DNA of 64,000 nucleotides from NCBI RefSeq assembly GCF_009914755.1, contig NC_060934.1; one strand, 5' to 3'. The DNA is from the human T2T-CHM13v2.0 reference genome, Homo sapiens. Below, in pieces: positions 25,789-43,612 of this stretch; the stretch's first letter is position 1; each line of letters begins with the position of its first letter. The notes below the pieces were generated by a model, which saw only the letters and a program-made list of their open reading frames with translations, was not told where the DNA came from and ran no database searches. The position numbers and the translations under genes are program-made.

Positions 25789-28700
25789 TCAGAAACACTG
25801 GGTCTTACTACCAGTATTGGGAAAGCCAATGAACAGGGAAACACAATTTTTAGTTACTGAGTGAATCAATATCTTCTTACTTTAAAATATAGATGGCTTT
25901 CACTTGCATTCTAACCTGGATAGTGATTCTTGCCAAGGTAATATATAAGCACTTTGTCATGTTTCCAAAAGGAAAATCAAGATTGTGTTTTATTCACTGT
26001 TAAATTGGCATTTTTAGGTGTTTTAAATTCACCGAGGATAGCATCATCAGCATCATCATTGCTATTAATGTAATTATTACCACCACTAGATGGTGCATGG
26101 GGAATTGGGGGCACCGAATGTTATAGGAGGCGTTCTCCTCTATGCTATCACTAATTGGTTGTTAAGGGAATATAGAAACATATCAGAGGGTGGAGGAAAA
26201 GGGACGATAAAATATGATGGACTTTTCTCACTAATTAAAGCTATGCTGGAGATACAGTGGTGGAAATAGGTCTGGCTGGAGAGAAGGTCTTCTATGTTTG
26301 CCCCTTTAAATATACGTGGGATACTAAAATAGAATTTTATAAATGCTCTGTATCAGAAGCAAGTATTCCTTAAATTGGAGAAGGCCTCTGGTGTTCTGGT
26401 GGGGCTAGGTTCTTGAGAATCCCTTATTAAATACGACAGTCCACCTCGACCTGGGTTCCCAGCGGGTCTGCCTGTATGGATTTGCATGAGCTGGGGTCCT
26501 GCCTAGTCTCCTCTGTGCAGCCAGCCTAGGAACACAAGAAACAAAAGCAAGGTTCTTGATTTGACAGGTGTCATTTTCGAGGACCATCACATCTTGATTT
26601 TTTCTTTCTTCTGTTCATTTTGATAGACTTCAGGGAGCCTCTGCTGTCAGAAAATGTGCTGGCTCCTGGCTTCATATATGATTTGTGTCTAGCTTCCTGT
26701 AGACTAAAAATATCAGCAGAAGGAATTATAGATGGTTCAATTAAAGTAGTAATTGGGCAAAAACGGCTCATAACAAATCCAATTCTGGGAAATGCTTCTG
26801 TGCTTTGATTATTATGTTCCTCCCTATTTCTCCCTCTGCTTACTTTTTTAAAGTTTGATATAATAGCTCATTTGAGGGTTTCCTAGTTCTTGTTGGTCTC
26901 TCTCATTTTAATACCTAGCAAAGGGCCAGGTGCTCAGAACATGCTGAGAGTAAAAACAATGAAATGAGTAATGATCAAAAAGACTTTAAGAAATGTTTTG
27001 AACATAGAAATAATAATTTCTTAATATCCACAAGCATAATAGGTCAATAGTATTTATGTAAAATGCCAGTACACAACAAATGTGAAGGAGTATTAATGAA
27101 TGAAACTGCTGTAGCAGTAAATACATAACATATCAAAGAAAATGTGACAGTTCTAGATGCTGTGTCATATCTTTTTATAACACCAAATAAGGATTTGTCA
27201 CAAGCCACTTAATGACTCTTTAAAAGTTGCTAATGTTCTTACTTACACTCTCGTCGAGTCATAAATCAAAAAAGGACTTGAAATTAAGACCCATGGTTGG
27301 AATATCAATGCAGTCAAATATCTGTTCTTTGTATGAGGTTGAGTGAGTGGATGATGATGGTGAATTTGAGAATGAAAGGGTTCTAATAAGTGATTGTTGA
27401 GTGGCAATGGGTTGGCCACAGCACTTTAGTTCTTTTGACTTGAGAAATTGAAATGTATCCTAACATATTAAACTTCACAAAGATGTTTATACTCTGAAAA
27501 GATCAATACCTCTTTTTCTACACCCACTACAGAAGATGCGATCATTTATTATACGATTTTGAGTTCTGATCAACCAAAACATACAACTAAAACATCACAA
27601 TTGTGTTTTCTTTTTTAAAGGTCATCAATTCAGTAGATAGCTGATTTTCTGTATGTAATTCTGTCCCTTTAGTATCCCCACTGGCTTCCCAACATGTAGT
27701 ATATGTACCTTCTGGCACACAGTAGGGCCTCAATAAACATTTTTGCAAGGATGAATTCAAATTGAATTTGAAGAATAAATACCGGAAGAATAAAATTGGC
27801 CCCACATAAATGTGTGGGGATCTACTTGTTGCAAATGGTCCAGGATGCAGATTAATATGCAGTAGGCACGTGAATATCTGGAGGTCAGCAAGGTACAGTA
27901 GTGAGATGTACACATCTACACAAATTGATTTTTTCAACTTCGTTTGATTGGTAACACTGATTCAAATGTAGTCATAAGACTCACAGTAATAGCTTAAGAG
28001 ATAAAAAGGGATGTGTGTTTTCACTAGCATTTTATATCTGGCCCAGCAGCTGCAAAGAACCTGATGCTACAGGCGTTTAACATACTTTTCTTGGATTGTT
28101 GAAAAGGGGAAAGGAAGAACAGGGGTCATTAGGAATTCTTGCCCTTTCTTGTAGGGAAAAGAAAGGGCTTGCTTGTAGTAGGAGGGAGTTGTATTTGTGA
28201 GTCATAGGGATCCATTATCCATATCTGCTGAAGGGCTGTCAGATATGAAGTAAATTTAGAGACCTACTTGTCCCTTTAGCTATTCATCACTGTTGATTGG
28301 CGCCAGTGGCAGGCAGCAGTATTTTTAGAGAAGCGAATGATATGGAATTTCTTCAAGTACAGAACATTGGCTGATCCCATTACTCAAAGCTACTCAAAAA
28401 GTCACAGCTGACACTTGACAGAACTACAGAGGAAAAACAATAGACCTAAGAAGCAAAATACTGAAATGCATGATGAAAACATAGGGAGATTCAAGTTACT
28501 CATCACCACTGCTAATCCAGTTTGGTGCTGCTGGTTGTCAGTGGTATTAAAAATATAATTTTCACAGGAATCGATTTTATGCATGTCTCTTTGCCCTATC
28601 ATAGAGTGAAAAATAGGCTGATTTTTCACATCTTGTACCACCTTCCTTTGTAATATATCTGACATTTATGCTTTGACAATTGGTATGTGAAGAAGACACA

Positions 28701-29071
28701 TGAAGGACCTTTTTCCCTGTAGCAGCCAGCATGGTGCTGTATCTTGGTTTCCAAATGATAAATGCAGGAAAATAGCAAACAGTTTTAAAAATGGCCTTAA
28801 TCCTGTGGGACAGTATTCGTAATTTCTCGATAAAATCCTTTTAATTTAATACTCTAAATTAATGTTTTGAATTGCTTCTCTGCAAGAATGCTAGATCGTA
28901 GAAATGTACAAACCATCCTTCAGAAGAGTAAAAGACTAAGCCATCTACAGTTGTAACTGTCAGTGAATGGCCAAGACTTAACTGCAGTGGAGCCTTTTCA
29001 GCAGTCTGTTATTAGACTTAATTTTTAAAACCTAATCACCAGAGATGCCTGAGTCTGTTGACTTAGTTTGA

Positions 29072-29210
29072 CAAGAAATCTGTGCATGTTTACAAACTTA
29101 ACATGGTCAAGAAGCCTGTGCATGTTCACACACTTACATGTAGGAGAAGTCTGTGTGTTCACTAATTTACACGTATGAGAAGTGAGCATGTGTTCACTAA
29201 CATACATGTG
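29072..29210. repeat. Degenerate tandem repeat, ~33-36 bp x 4
   Basis: caagaaatctgtgcatgtttacaaacttaacatggt / caagaagcctgtgcatgttcacacacttacatgta / ggagaagtctgtgtgttcactaatttacacgta / tgagaagtgagcatgtgttcactaacatacatgtg. Confidence 0.8.
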
Positions 29211-29589
29211 AGGCCTGGAGTCTAACCAGAAACTGATCAGCAAGGCTTCAGGTCTCAGGTCTTGAGCGCTAGTGCCACAGCTGGGTGTGCTGATAACTTG
29301 GCAAAATCAGTTGGTGGTTTTCGAGCTGTGGAGAGAAGAGTGCCTGGTGAGTTCAGCGAAGTTGGTTGGATGTCCAGTGGTGGTCCCTTCACTTGTTAAA
29401 TTCAGTGAAGAAAGAGACCCTGTGCTCCTTTTGATGACATGGCCAAGAAAATTATCAGAATTTGTCAAAAGAAACTTTGAACAAAGGTATTAGGTAGCGT
29501 CTATTAAAAATTCATCAGTAAGTTGTTTATGTCAGTCGGAGAAGTACACTGAACATCATAGTAGAATAATTTATTCATTCGTTAACCAA

Positions 29590-29835
29590 CACTTACACAA
29601 CACCTAAACTATGGTAGATACTATTTTGAACGGCTTACAGATACTATTATATTTAATCCACATGACAGTCATATGATTTAAGTGGTATGATCACCCTCTT
29701 TTTAGCGATAAGGAAACTTGGGCACAGTTAAGTCATGTGCCCAGGATCACACAGCTGGTAATGGCAGAACTTTCACGTGAACCTGAGTGGTCTGGCTTCA
29801 GAATCCACACTCAAGCCACTATGCTGTGCTGCTTC
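29590..29835 (-). mobile_element. MIR SINE
   Basis: 'atttaatccacatgacagtcatatga', 'gataaggaaacttgggcacagttaagtcatgtgcccaggatcacacagctggtaatggcaga', 'tctggcttcagaatcc'. Confidence 0.8.
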
Positions 29836-31081
29836 TGAGTAATACAAGGCAATGATTTGTAAATCACAGTGACAACCAGTGATAACCTATTTTATTCCTT
29901 TATATCATCCCGCTCTACTCACATCTTTTAGGCTCATTAAAGGATTTAGTTGAATGCCAAATGTGTGGACTTAGAAGAACTGGCTTTGAATTCCGACATT
30001 TACTGGCTGTGTGGCTTTGGAATAGTCACCTTTCTGAGTTGCTTTCTTCATTCAACGGGTGTAACAATATAAATCCTGCTGATTTCACAAAAGTCAAAAT
30101 GTTTTGCCCTGTAGAAATTGGTTAGGTATCATTCGAAAAAGCCAGTGGCTCTCCAGGAATGAAGATGCTCAAGGAGGCCTTGCTGTCTACCTGTGCTACC
30201 AGCTTTCCTGTGCTCTGCAGCAGCTCTAGAGGCCACTCCTTTAGACCTAGGTCCATCTTGAGGTGTTGTTATACAGCCTCTTAGGGGTTTTTATGTCTGA
30301 CTCCATAATATTTATGATAAAAACAAAAACCACGTGTGTGATGGTATCATGACATGAATATGATCCTTGCTGACATTAAAATGGAGCAGTGGTCTCCATT
30401 CCAGGTGATGAATGACAAAATCACCCAAGTATTTTTAAAATGTGTGACTCTCCAGAGAGGGTACCCTTGAGTGGCTCTTCCACTGACCCCGGAACTTCCA
30501 AAGCATCAGGCTTGGGTCAAATAGGATTCATCTGAGCTTCTGGTTCTGATCTTGTAAAAGCTAACTCATGCATGCACAACATGATAGGCCATGTCACTCC
30601 TCACAGCCTTTTTCTGCGCTATCCTTTTATACATTTTTTATAAGGCAGAATGCTTTGAATGCATTCTGCCTCAAAAGGCATTTTGCTCTAATGGCTGTGT
30701 GGAAATGTTCATTCTCTGCTTCTATGTTTTTAAAAAACAAAAGGGTAATCAGAAGCATTTAATTGTCTTAGATGCTCAACAAATAGTAATTAAAAGCTAT
30801 TTTTTTTTTAGTTTTGCAGAAGTATAAGCATGCCTGTGAATTAAATAAGGCCATGTGTCAAGACTGATTTGCACAGTGAAGGTAATATATTTTAGTAGCG
30901 CCAACTGAGGGCTCATTGCCCAATTGCATGATAAGCAAACCCCATTTGAATGGGTGTTTATTCTTCATCCTGGTTCTCGGTAGTCTGAACCCAAGGCTTG
31001 GTGTACTGTTTTCAATAGGTCACCTCCACTTGATCTTTGTTTTCCTCTTAAGTGGCATGCTGAAAAACCACATTCATCTAT

Positions 31082-31197
31082 GGGGAGTCTTTTTGTGTTG
31101 CCCAGGCTGGTCTTGAACTCCTGGCCTCAAGTGATCCTCAGGCCTCAGCCTCCCAAAGTGCTGGGATTACAAGTGTGAGCCCCCATGTGCCTTGCCC
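31082..31197 (-). mobile_element. Alu left monomer (FLAM or partial AluJ)
   Basis: 'tgttgcccaggctggtcttgaactcctggcctcaagtgatcctc...cctcccaaagtgctgggattaca'; no right arm. Confidence 0.88.
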
Positions 31198-31259
31198 CCA
31201 AAGCTTTGAGTAACAATGCTCAAAGATACGTCACTTCTGTTAAAAGATTAGTATATTCA

Positions 31260-31400
31260 GTAAGTAGTTCCTAATGTCTCCATTTTGTAGAGAGAAGAAC
31301 TGAGGCATGGTGACTTCAGATTTTTGCGTAAGGTCATAGCTAGTCAGTAGAAAAGCTGAAGTTACTGACTTTGGGGTTCTTGGCCTTGGATTTTCCTCAC
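31260..31400 (-). mobile_element. MIR fragment
   Basis: 'ccattttgtagagagaagaactgaggc...aaggtcatagctagtcagtagaaaagctg'. Confidence 0.6.
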
Positions 31401-32349
31401 CAGTTCAACAGCTTCTTATTTGTATGTTGAAGAGAAATGTTAAAGCAAATAAATGTCTTAGCTCATCCTGTACAAGGATGAGAAAATCAAAAGCCTGTAG
31501 TGTTATTTTACAGCTCAGGAGTAACTTCTCTTGTCCTTGAATCATTTGAGCAGGAGACAAGGAGGTCAGCAACCCCCAGTTCTATTTTGGTCCTGACCGA
31601 TGACTGCTTGTATGACCTTTCGCAAGTCACTTAACTCCTGTGTCACTCTCTGTGAAATGAGGATGGAGGAGCCCTGCTCCCCTGCCAGTCTCCGATGGTG
31701 ACTTCATCAGGAAAGGTGAGCCAGAGATGCTCAGACAGAATGGCCTGCTTATGGCACTTTCTCAAGCCGCCATCCAGTTGACCAGCTACATGAACAAGGC
31801 TGAAACTAGATCAGGACTGATGAGTCTTCACCAAGAAGATGCACCAGAAAAGCAGTGCCACCATGTCACCTTCTGTGTCCCTGTAGTAACGAAGGCAGGA
31901 GGGTCTGAAGGCACATTTTTTTTCCCCTTAAACTTTAGACTTCTTGCATAAACTTGAGCATATTTAAGAGAGCTTGATAAAATAGAGCAATAAATTCAGT
32001 TGTTGAAATTCAGTAGATAGGCGTCCTGAAAGTCAGATGTTACTTTGGTAACAATCCTGTGTCCTAAGGACAGTAGATGTCCACTATCCAATACCTCCGA
32101 AGAAGCTGGGGAGTGCCCTGGGATTCAGGATAGCAGACCTCATTTCTTTCATAGCACTTTAAACAAGATTTTAAACAGAAAAATAATGTCTTATAGCAAT
32201 CAGATTTATGGTTTTCTCTAGCATAGGCTTACCCATTAATAACTTATTTAATCAATTCCAGAATAAATGTGTCATTCAGAAATGTCATGTTTGTACTATA
32301 AATCTTTAGTTCCTTTTTACCAACAAATTAACTATTTTTAATATTTAAA

Positions 32350-32720
32350 CTTTCATAAATTATTTTAAAAATCAAAAACCCTAGGAAAAAAATGAGTGAG
32401 GGATACAAACATACAAATAGACTTTTCACAGAGAAAGAAATACAAGTCGTAAATGTACACATGAAAAAGCCTTTATCCTCCTCCCCCTATAATGATCAAG
32501 GGAGTGGAATACCACAGTGATCAAGAGGATGCATATATCTGGATTCAAATCCTAAGGGCACTGTTTATTTGCCTGGCTGCTTGATTCCGCCTCCCCCCCC
32601 GCCGGCCCCCGCTTTTTTGTTTATTGACATATTATTTGCATATAATAGAATTCATCGTTTCATAGGTACACTTTGAATTTTGATAATCACATATAATTGT
32701 GCAACTTCCGCCACAACCCA
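32350..32720. mobile_element. Two short L1M fragments in opposite orientations (~32350-32480 on +, ~32612-32720 on -)
   Basis: 'aaatagacttttcacagagaaagaaatacaa...cacatgaaaaa' and 'ttttgtttattgacatattatttgcatataatagaattcatcgtttt'. Confidence 0.55.
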
Positions 32721-34219
32721 TTTAGTTATTTGTTTATGCTTCCGTTTCCCAGCTGTTAATTTTCCTGACATAAGCAGAATTTGGTCCTATCACTGCTAAT
32801 TCTCCAGGTGAAAGGAGAGGTTCATTTGAGTCAGCAAGCATCCTTTGAGCATGTCGTGTGTGTCAAGCACCTTCGCCAGGTGTCAGGGGATACTGTCTTC
32901 AGAGTTCATATACTATAAGGATAGGCATTTGCTCACAGATGTATGCATATTTAGCTCTTAATTTACACATCGGTGCAGAAAAGGAGACCCTACTTAATAG
33001 TCCCAAGGAGCAAATATTCCCCAAATAGTTAGTAGCAAGTAGCAAAACTGTGCCATTCCCTGTGCTCCTTCCCCCTAGAAGCAAACAGAAAAGCTTTGCT
33101 GGGTTTTGCTCCTTAGTTTTTAATGTTCTAACAGGTTTGCATTTCACCTGTTTCTATGATTGTTGAATAACAGAAAATGAACCAAGAGAGCATAAGATTT
33201 CAAGCTTGCTTCTTGTTATTTAGAGACATGCCAACAACCCACACCATCTATGCAGTTGAAATTTCTGCATCTCCAAAGACCCTTTCCCCTCCCCACCAGA
33301 AGTACCAGCTGCCACTCAGGGAGAGCACTCTTGCCCTTCAGAAATCCCAAGGAGAATCTAGGACAACTGCATTCAACTGTGAAACCCTGAAAGAGCCTTT
33401 GCTGTTACCTTTGCTGCATCTAGGGAGTGCTTAATTTCTCCTCCAGCTTCCCCACCCCTCACCAGCCCTTGCAACCCATCCATGCTGTGGCTGGTTTGGG
33501 CCCTTGATTTCATAGATTACTACCTGAAAGCAGAAAAGGACCATAGTGAGACGTACGGCAGCACTACAGTTAGCGCTGAGGCTCTTACAAATACTTTGTG
33601 AGTGCTCCTGCCTGAAGCTTGGAGTCCTTGAAGTGCAGAATTACTGCAGGTGCAGCAGCTCAAATCAACAGCTTTTAAGCGCGTCCATTTGCAGACGTGC
33701 CAAGAGCTTGCAAGGAGGTGTGTAGCCTGTAAATGAGCTCAGTGTCTACAGTTTCCATTATTTAGACCCCAAGGCATGTTCCTGTCGTGGACAGAAATCA
33801 CCACCTTAGACCCATATCTTGCCCGAGAAGTTTATAAGTCTACACAATTGGACTTTTCAACTACATACTATTTTGCAAATTCAGAAATAATAAAATTCCC
33901 ACCAATTTCCAGGCATAGAAAACCAATTTCTTCCTTGATGGGTCCAATTACATGGTTGATACAAAATTTTAAGACCTATCTTAGTGTTTTCAGAGGCTAG
34001 CCAGTCTCTGTGGGCTTGTGAATAAATAGCACACATAAGATGCTGGAGTCTTTGTAGGTCTGGACTGTTTGCTTGAAAGAAATTAGGCAAATTCTTCTGA
34101 TGCCAAACCATTAAGCAGCATTTTCTGTTTTGCAGTACCCTTTGTTTTTGCCTTCATTCCTCTCTCCCTCTGTCCTTGCTGTCCCTCCCTTCTTTCTTCT
34201 TTGGTTTCTTCTCATCTTC

Positions 34220-34400
34220 CCTTAACAATTATTTGAGGCCCTACTATGTGGTTGGTACCATGTTGTGCTGGGGATACAGTGATGAACAGAAACAAATGGT
34301 TCATGCACTTCAGGTGCTCCTGGTCAAATAGCGACGCAGACGTTAGTGAAACACAAAAATAAATATAAGTTAATATTCTGGTTACTGCAATGAAGTAAGC
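34220..34400 (+). mobile_element. L2 terminal fragment (orientation relative to consensus not verified)
   Basis: 'aacaattatttgaggccctactatgtg...tgctggggatacagtgatgaacagaaac'. Confidence 0.65.
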
Positions 34401-35966
34401 TTGCCTAGTGCTAAGAGGCTAGTATTTTTTTTGTTTTTTTTACTGTCTTTGACTTTGATTTGTGGAAAAAAATGCTTTTGCTGTGTCTGTTTCTTAATGA
34501 AGGATGCCCCATAGTGTTTCTTGCAGAAACTGTCTTTCCGGAGGTCTTAATTCTGAATACACAGAGCCCAGCATGCTCAAAGAAATGCTCTGATGACAGG
34601 GGAGAGTAGAGACGATATACATTTAACTGAGGAAATGTACTCCTCAAGAAAGGGCTCAGTGCAGACTGATGAGGGGCTTTATTTTGTCCATGTGTGCCAG
34701 ATAACCGCATAGCCCAGCATGATGGCAGATTATGAGTTCATCTTAAAGAATCTGGAACGCTCCACACCCAGGTGAGGTACACTATATAATTGAGGCATCT
34801 CTGGCAAATCTTGGTTTCTATCCTGGCTTCCATTGTGTTTTTAAGAAGCTGTTGAATGGAACATTCTTTTTTCAATGCATAGCACTATTCGTTATTTGGA
34901 ACAGTGTTTTTTTGAAAATGGATCTCTGCAGCAAGGCCTCAGCTGTATCCCTGGATCCTTTCTTAATATGACAGCCTGTCATCCCCCAAACTATACAGAA
35001 CAGCCTTGCTTTGCAACCTCATGCACTTTTTAAAAATTTGCAATAATGATGGCAACCATTAAAATGATAGAAACCACTTACTAATCAGTTTAGTAACCAA
35101 GGACATCTGCTTTACATAATACAGAGACATATTAAAAAGGCTTTTATGTTGTTCAGAAATTGTCAAAGTTAAAAAACCTAGTGGTAAAATCAGTTGATTC
35201 TTTGTGCTCCTTTTCAAACAGCTTTACCCTTCAAACAGTGACTGTAGAAAGCCACCTATTTGTGTTGATTCAAAATGTCTTGAGGAAGTAAGCCCTTCAT
35301 AGAGCGTATTCCAGAAGGCTTCCTCACTTGATAAACGGTTATTAGGATTTGAGTTCCTTTCCCCCTCCTTTTAGATTTGTTCCTTTAACACTATGAGAAA
35401 CAGACCTCTTACAACAAGCAGTCGTGAAAGAAATTCTCATGCATAACTTTAAAGTTTTATTGATGCATATCAAGTATTTAAATTATAGCCAAGCTCAATT
35501 TTTCTCATCAGGAAACTTACCTTCTTGGACAGAAACCTAGGAAATTATTTTCAAGTTTGCAATTGCTGTTGTGGAGATCAACAGCAGAACTGTGGGAGTA
35601 TGTGTCGGGCACCTGGTCTACCATAGAGTGGGGCCAGGGCTTGAGGGAAGCTCCCTGGAGGAGGCAGGAGAGCATCTCTCCGAAGGGCTAGTCATGCAGC
35701 TGCAGGATCTGGGAGTACGGTTTATAGTTTGGAATATAAGTTCCCGAAAGTAGCAAAAAGAAGAAAAATAAGGGCAAATACATTGTACATCCATAGTTTT
35801 CCAGTTCCTCCCGGTCCTCAGTCTCCCAGCTCTCCAGTTGTGTGTCTGGAGTAAAATCCTAGATGTTATGGGAGGAGGCACTTTTTACAGCCATGAAGAT
35901 TTGTGATCTCTAAAGTCCTTGCTTACAAGCACACTGTTTGGAGGTCCCAATTCTGAGTCAGGGTTT

Positions 35967-36300
<334 letters not shown>

Positions 36301-36605
36301 TGAGGGTTAAGAGTTGGGTGATAATCCTCTGTGATGTTAGTGAGTCTCTGGGGCTGAACACCATGTTGGGACAATTCCTTAGCATGAGACATTTGCTCTT
36401 TGCAGAAAAGAGCCTGCTACCCCCATCCTGCTGCGCAGTGGCCATTACTTCTCTAGTGATGAGCACATTAACAGAGCACAATCCAGTAAAGTCCTTCTAA
36501 GATGAAAAACAAGGAAAAAAATATTAAGCTAATATGTACAGTAACATGAAGACCTGTACCTTTTGTTTTTCTTACAGTCTCTTCTTTCTTATGTCCCTGT
36601 CTCTC

Positions 36606-36956
36606 TGTATTGGTCAGTTCTCATGCTGCTAATAAAGACATATCCAAGACTGGGTAATTTATAAAGAAAAAGAGGTTTAACTCACAGTTCCACATGGCTG
36701 GGGAGGCCTCACAATCAAGGCTGAAAGTGAATGAGGAGCAAAGTCACGTCTTACATGGTGGCAGGCAGGAGAGCTTGTGCAGGGGAATTCCCATGTATAA
36801 AACCATCAGATCTCATGAGACTTATTCACTATCATGAGAACAGTATGGGAGAACTGCCCCATGATTCATTTATTGCCATCTGGTGCTGCCCTTGACACAT
36901 GGGGATCATTACAATTCAAGGTGAGATTTGGGTGGGGACACAGCCAAATCATATCA
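36606..36956 (-). mobile_element. THE1 (THE1C-like) ERVL-MaLR solo LTR with perfect 5-bp TSD
   Basis: TGTATTGGTCAGTTCTCATGCTGCTAATAAAGAC...TGAGATTTGGGTGGGGACACAGCCAAATCATATCA, flanked by CTCTC on both sides (36601-36605 and 36957-36961). Confidence 0.95.
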
Positions 36957-37364
36957 CTCTCCCTCTGTCTCTCTTGATAATGAAAGATTAGAGATGTGTG
37001 TATACATACATACCTACACACTCAATGTAGTCGCTCTTATTATTCTTATATGACCTTCCTATGAAATGAGATGGGTTCCACCTGTTCATGAGCCTTTTTT
37101 GAGGAAAGGACAATATCACTTAGATTCTTAATTCCTAATAAAGATGGAAATGGGATGGGATAAAGGTTGCTCCATTGAAAATAAATTGCATTACAAAGAT
37201 GAATGTAATAAACTTGATGTTTTTTAGATCTAAAACAGACTGATTCAGCTTTTTAAAATGTAACATGAAATGGCAATGTTTTAAATTTTCCAAAAATTGG
37301 AGATCATTTGTGTCAGGTGAATGGGAAGTTCAGTAAGGCATTATCAGTCTGTTATTCAAGCATC

Positions 37365-37480
37365 TGTCCCACATGCATCTGTTGAGTACCTACCATGTGC
37401 CAGGCACTGCAATAAGTTCTAAGCGTACAAGGTACACACAGCATTCATGGTGCCTGATCCCATGGAGCTTACAGTCTATT
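37365..37480 (+). mobile_element. L2 terminal fragment (orientation relative to consensus not verified)
   Basis: 'gttgagtacctaccatgtgccaggcactg...catggagcttacagtcta'. Confidence 0.7.
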
Positions 37481-39593
37481 ATACGTGAAATTTCCAAAGT
37501 TGCTGAAAAGATTGAAAATACCTTTGGTACATATTCATAAATTCTTCTGATACTTTCTATGGCTTATAGATAGCATATTTCACTTTGATTCACATATGCT
37601 TATATATATTTTTTATAAAGCATGAGATTTTCTTCTTACAGACCAGGATGGGGGAGAAAAAATGTTGGTTGAAGTTTTCTTTCCTGGAACAACAGGTAGA
37701 TTACAAACAGGCATAAGGCAAAATTTGTCCCCATATTGTGTGATATTGTTTTACTCATTACTTCAGTCTACGTGACTTCCTTTCTAATGGGAACCACTTA
37801 GCTGGACCATTAAGTATGATGGTTTCAGGTTCAACAGGCTCTCTTTTGAAATTGACCCAGTCAGTGGTTAGAAATGGCCAAGAACTTACACAGATGTAGT
37901 GTGAGGACCTCTGGGCCCAGCTGAGTGCAGATCATTAAACAGCAGGGGCCATACAAACCAAACTCTCCAGCGGTCTTACACCCAGGGCTCAGGGAGTGAA
38001 AGAATAGTCAGTTCTCTTGTTGGCTGTTAATTTGGATGTAAATCTAAACTTTTGAGAGCTAGGAATCGGGATTTTTCAGTGTCCTTTGTTATTTGTAATG
38101 TGGCCATAGGGTGAAAGCCCTTGGGTATGCTCCATTGATAAAGAGAGGCAGGTTTAGGGTAGTAACTGGATAAAAAAAAAAAATGAGAGTTTCACACAAG
38201 CAACCAGTGGCTCAGAGAGGAGAGCTCAACCGTAACAACTAAATTTTGAAAATACTTCTCTCTTGAGGGGATTAAGTCTCTCAATTCACTCCCTTTTTTA
38301 AAATAAACCAATGATGTGTTATAACATGCTGTCTTCATTTTAATTCACTCCAAAATGGCGCAGTGGTCCAGGGTTTATGCTGTTAGAGCGGTGATGGTAG
38401 CGTTTTGCCACACTGCTGTCACCTCTCGGTTTTGCTATCCTGTCCACTTACTTTGTCACTACAGCCTTAAATCCCTACTGCCCCCATTAAAGTGTCTACT
38501 TGTCTCCTAAAACTCATTTATACTGTTTGTTTTTGATGTCTTCCTTGGCAACTTAATTTATATGTCTGCTGTTTTTCAAACGGAGTAATACTCTGCGCTT
38601 ACTCTAAATTTTGTGTTATTAAAATCACAGCTTTTGGGTTTGTGTGGCTTCCACCAATGTAAACAATTCGTCTCATTTTCCTGTCAACACACGCTTATAA
38701 TTTTTAGTGTATTTCCTCAAATTGTCTTCCCATCACTCAGAATAAGGTCTTTCTGTTCACTTGACGTAAAATACTACATCCTGCAGCTATGCTGGCTTGA
38801 GCTGCTTTACACCTCCTTTGAGTAGTCAAGATACGCTGTCTGGAAGACAATGACCAAGTAAGGATGAGTTCATTTACGATGATTAATGTTTTCCTAAGTT
38901 TCCAGTTCTCTGTGTTTTTATTTTTAATTTTCTGCCTTTCACAGCATTTTCAGCAATAACCAAGGAATCCTGAATCCTTTCAGAACCATTTTTCGCCTCT
39001 GTATCTGCTAACCATTTCTTGCCTTTTCTCTCACATGTCTACTCACATTTCAGGGTGTCAAAAATGGACCAGTATACCTACAAAAGTAGAAACACAACCC
39101 TTGCAAGGTGGACTATAGTATTAAGCAAACTAGGAAGAAGAGAGGGGTTTGACAACTCACTAGACGTTTTCAAGATGGCATTCGTCATACATACAAGTAT
39201 AGATACATATATATGTGTGTATTTACAGTTACATCAGAATACAGGGATTATATTTTCAATAATTCCCTAAAAATGCAGACATTGTTGATGTATATAAAAA
39301 TTGCCTTTCCCGTGGTTCACTCTGGCTGCAGCTACTTAATATGCAGAGCTGTGTCCAAATCAGTGCTGTCAATATACAAAACACAATGTATTCGAGAATA
39401 TAGAATAAAACAGTCATATCTGTGAATACAGAGTAAGTCTTTGACATTTCATAAGTTTCATAATATATACATTTCTGGTAGTTAGCATTTTATATTTCCT
39501 ACTCCCTTGTAATAATTGGAGCATTTGCCTTCATGGTTTATTACATGCCCCTGGGGATATAGTTGCTCTTCAGCCATCTGTGGTCATTCATAC

Positions 39594-42987
<3,394 letters not shown>

Positions 42988-43543
42988 TAAACCATTCATT
43001 CAGCAGGCACTTACTTTGTGCCAGCATTGTTATAATTCACCATTTTCTTAATGCTAAACCCTTAGAGTCCCAAAACTGTCTCACAAGCTCCCCTGAGCAG
43101 GTAGGGGCTGGCCTCTACCAAGTCTTCACATGTTGCCCCTCCTTGCACCCCAGGATGGAAGTTTGGTTTCCTTACTGGGATGCCCCATAGCACTTTATTC
43201 TTGTAAGACATTTATCACTCTCTGCTTTGCACTAAAAGTGCTCTGCTGAGATCTGAAGAGTATTTGTGATGTGTGTATGTAATACATATTTGTATTAACG
43301 GCTTTGAGTTCTAAAGTGTAGATGTTTTTCCCATTTCTAACCAGATGACACATTTTTGAGAGCACAATCTATCTGATTTATTACCGACAGTTAGTAATGT
43401 TGTGGGGAATTTAAAAATACACTTAAAAATGTGTACTTAAAAAACAGTATATGCTATGCCAATAATTGTTGGGTAAGTGAAGATTATTGAAACATAGTCT
43501 GTTATTAGCCCACTAAATGTGAGAATTCCTTTTTCTGCTCCAC

Positions 43544-43612
43544 TTTTCATTACTAGTTTATACACAACAGATGTGGCAACATTTCATTACTAGTTTATAA
43601 TACAGCTAGATG
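43544..43612. repeat. Short imperfect tandem duplication, period 37
   Basis: tttcattactagtttata at 43545 and 43582, each followed by ...agatg. Confidence 0.8.

Noticed and set aside
25265-25798. 177-aa minus-strand ORF with repeated 'GHKLRIWAT' motifs
   Set aside because: It is the translation of the 65-bp minisatellite; the unit is not a multiple of 3 and there is no gene context.
31727-31951. Protein-looking short ORFs in unique DNA (also 43949-44146, 51128-51433 and 7344-7805)
   Set aside because: No recognisable homology and no consistent splice-site framing; lengths are within chance expectation.
35515-35552. Minus-strand 16-nt micro-exon (…TTTCCTAG|GTTTCTGTCCAAGAAG|GTAAGT)
   Set aside because: Strong donor but weak polypyrimidine tract, and opposite to the inferred transcription direction; likely chance.
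37455-37482. Resemblance of 'ggagcttacagtctatt' to the miR-28 family
   Set aside because: That miRNA family derives from L2, so similarity is expected; there is no opposing L2 arm here to form a precursor hairpin.
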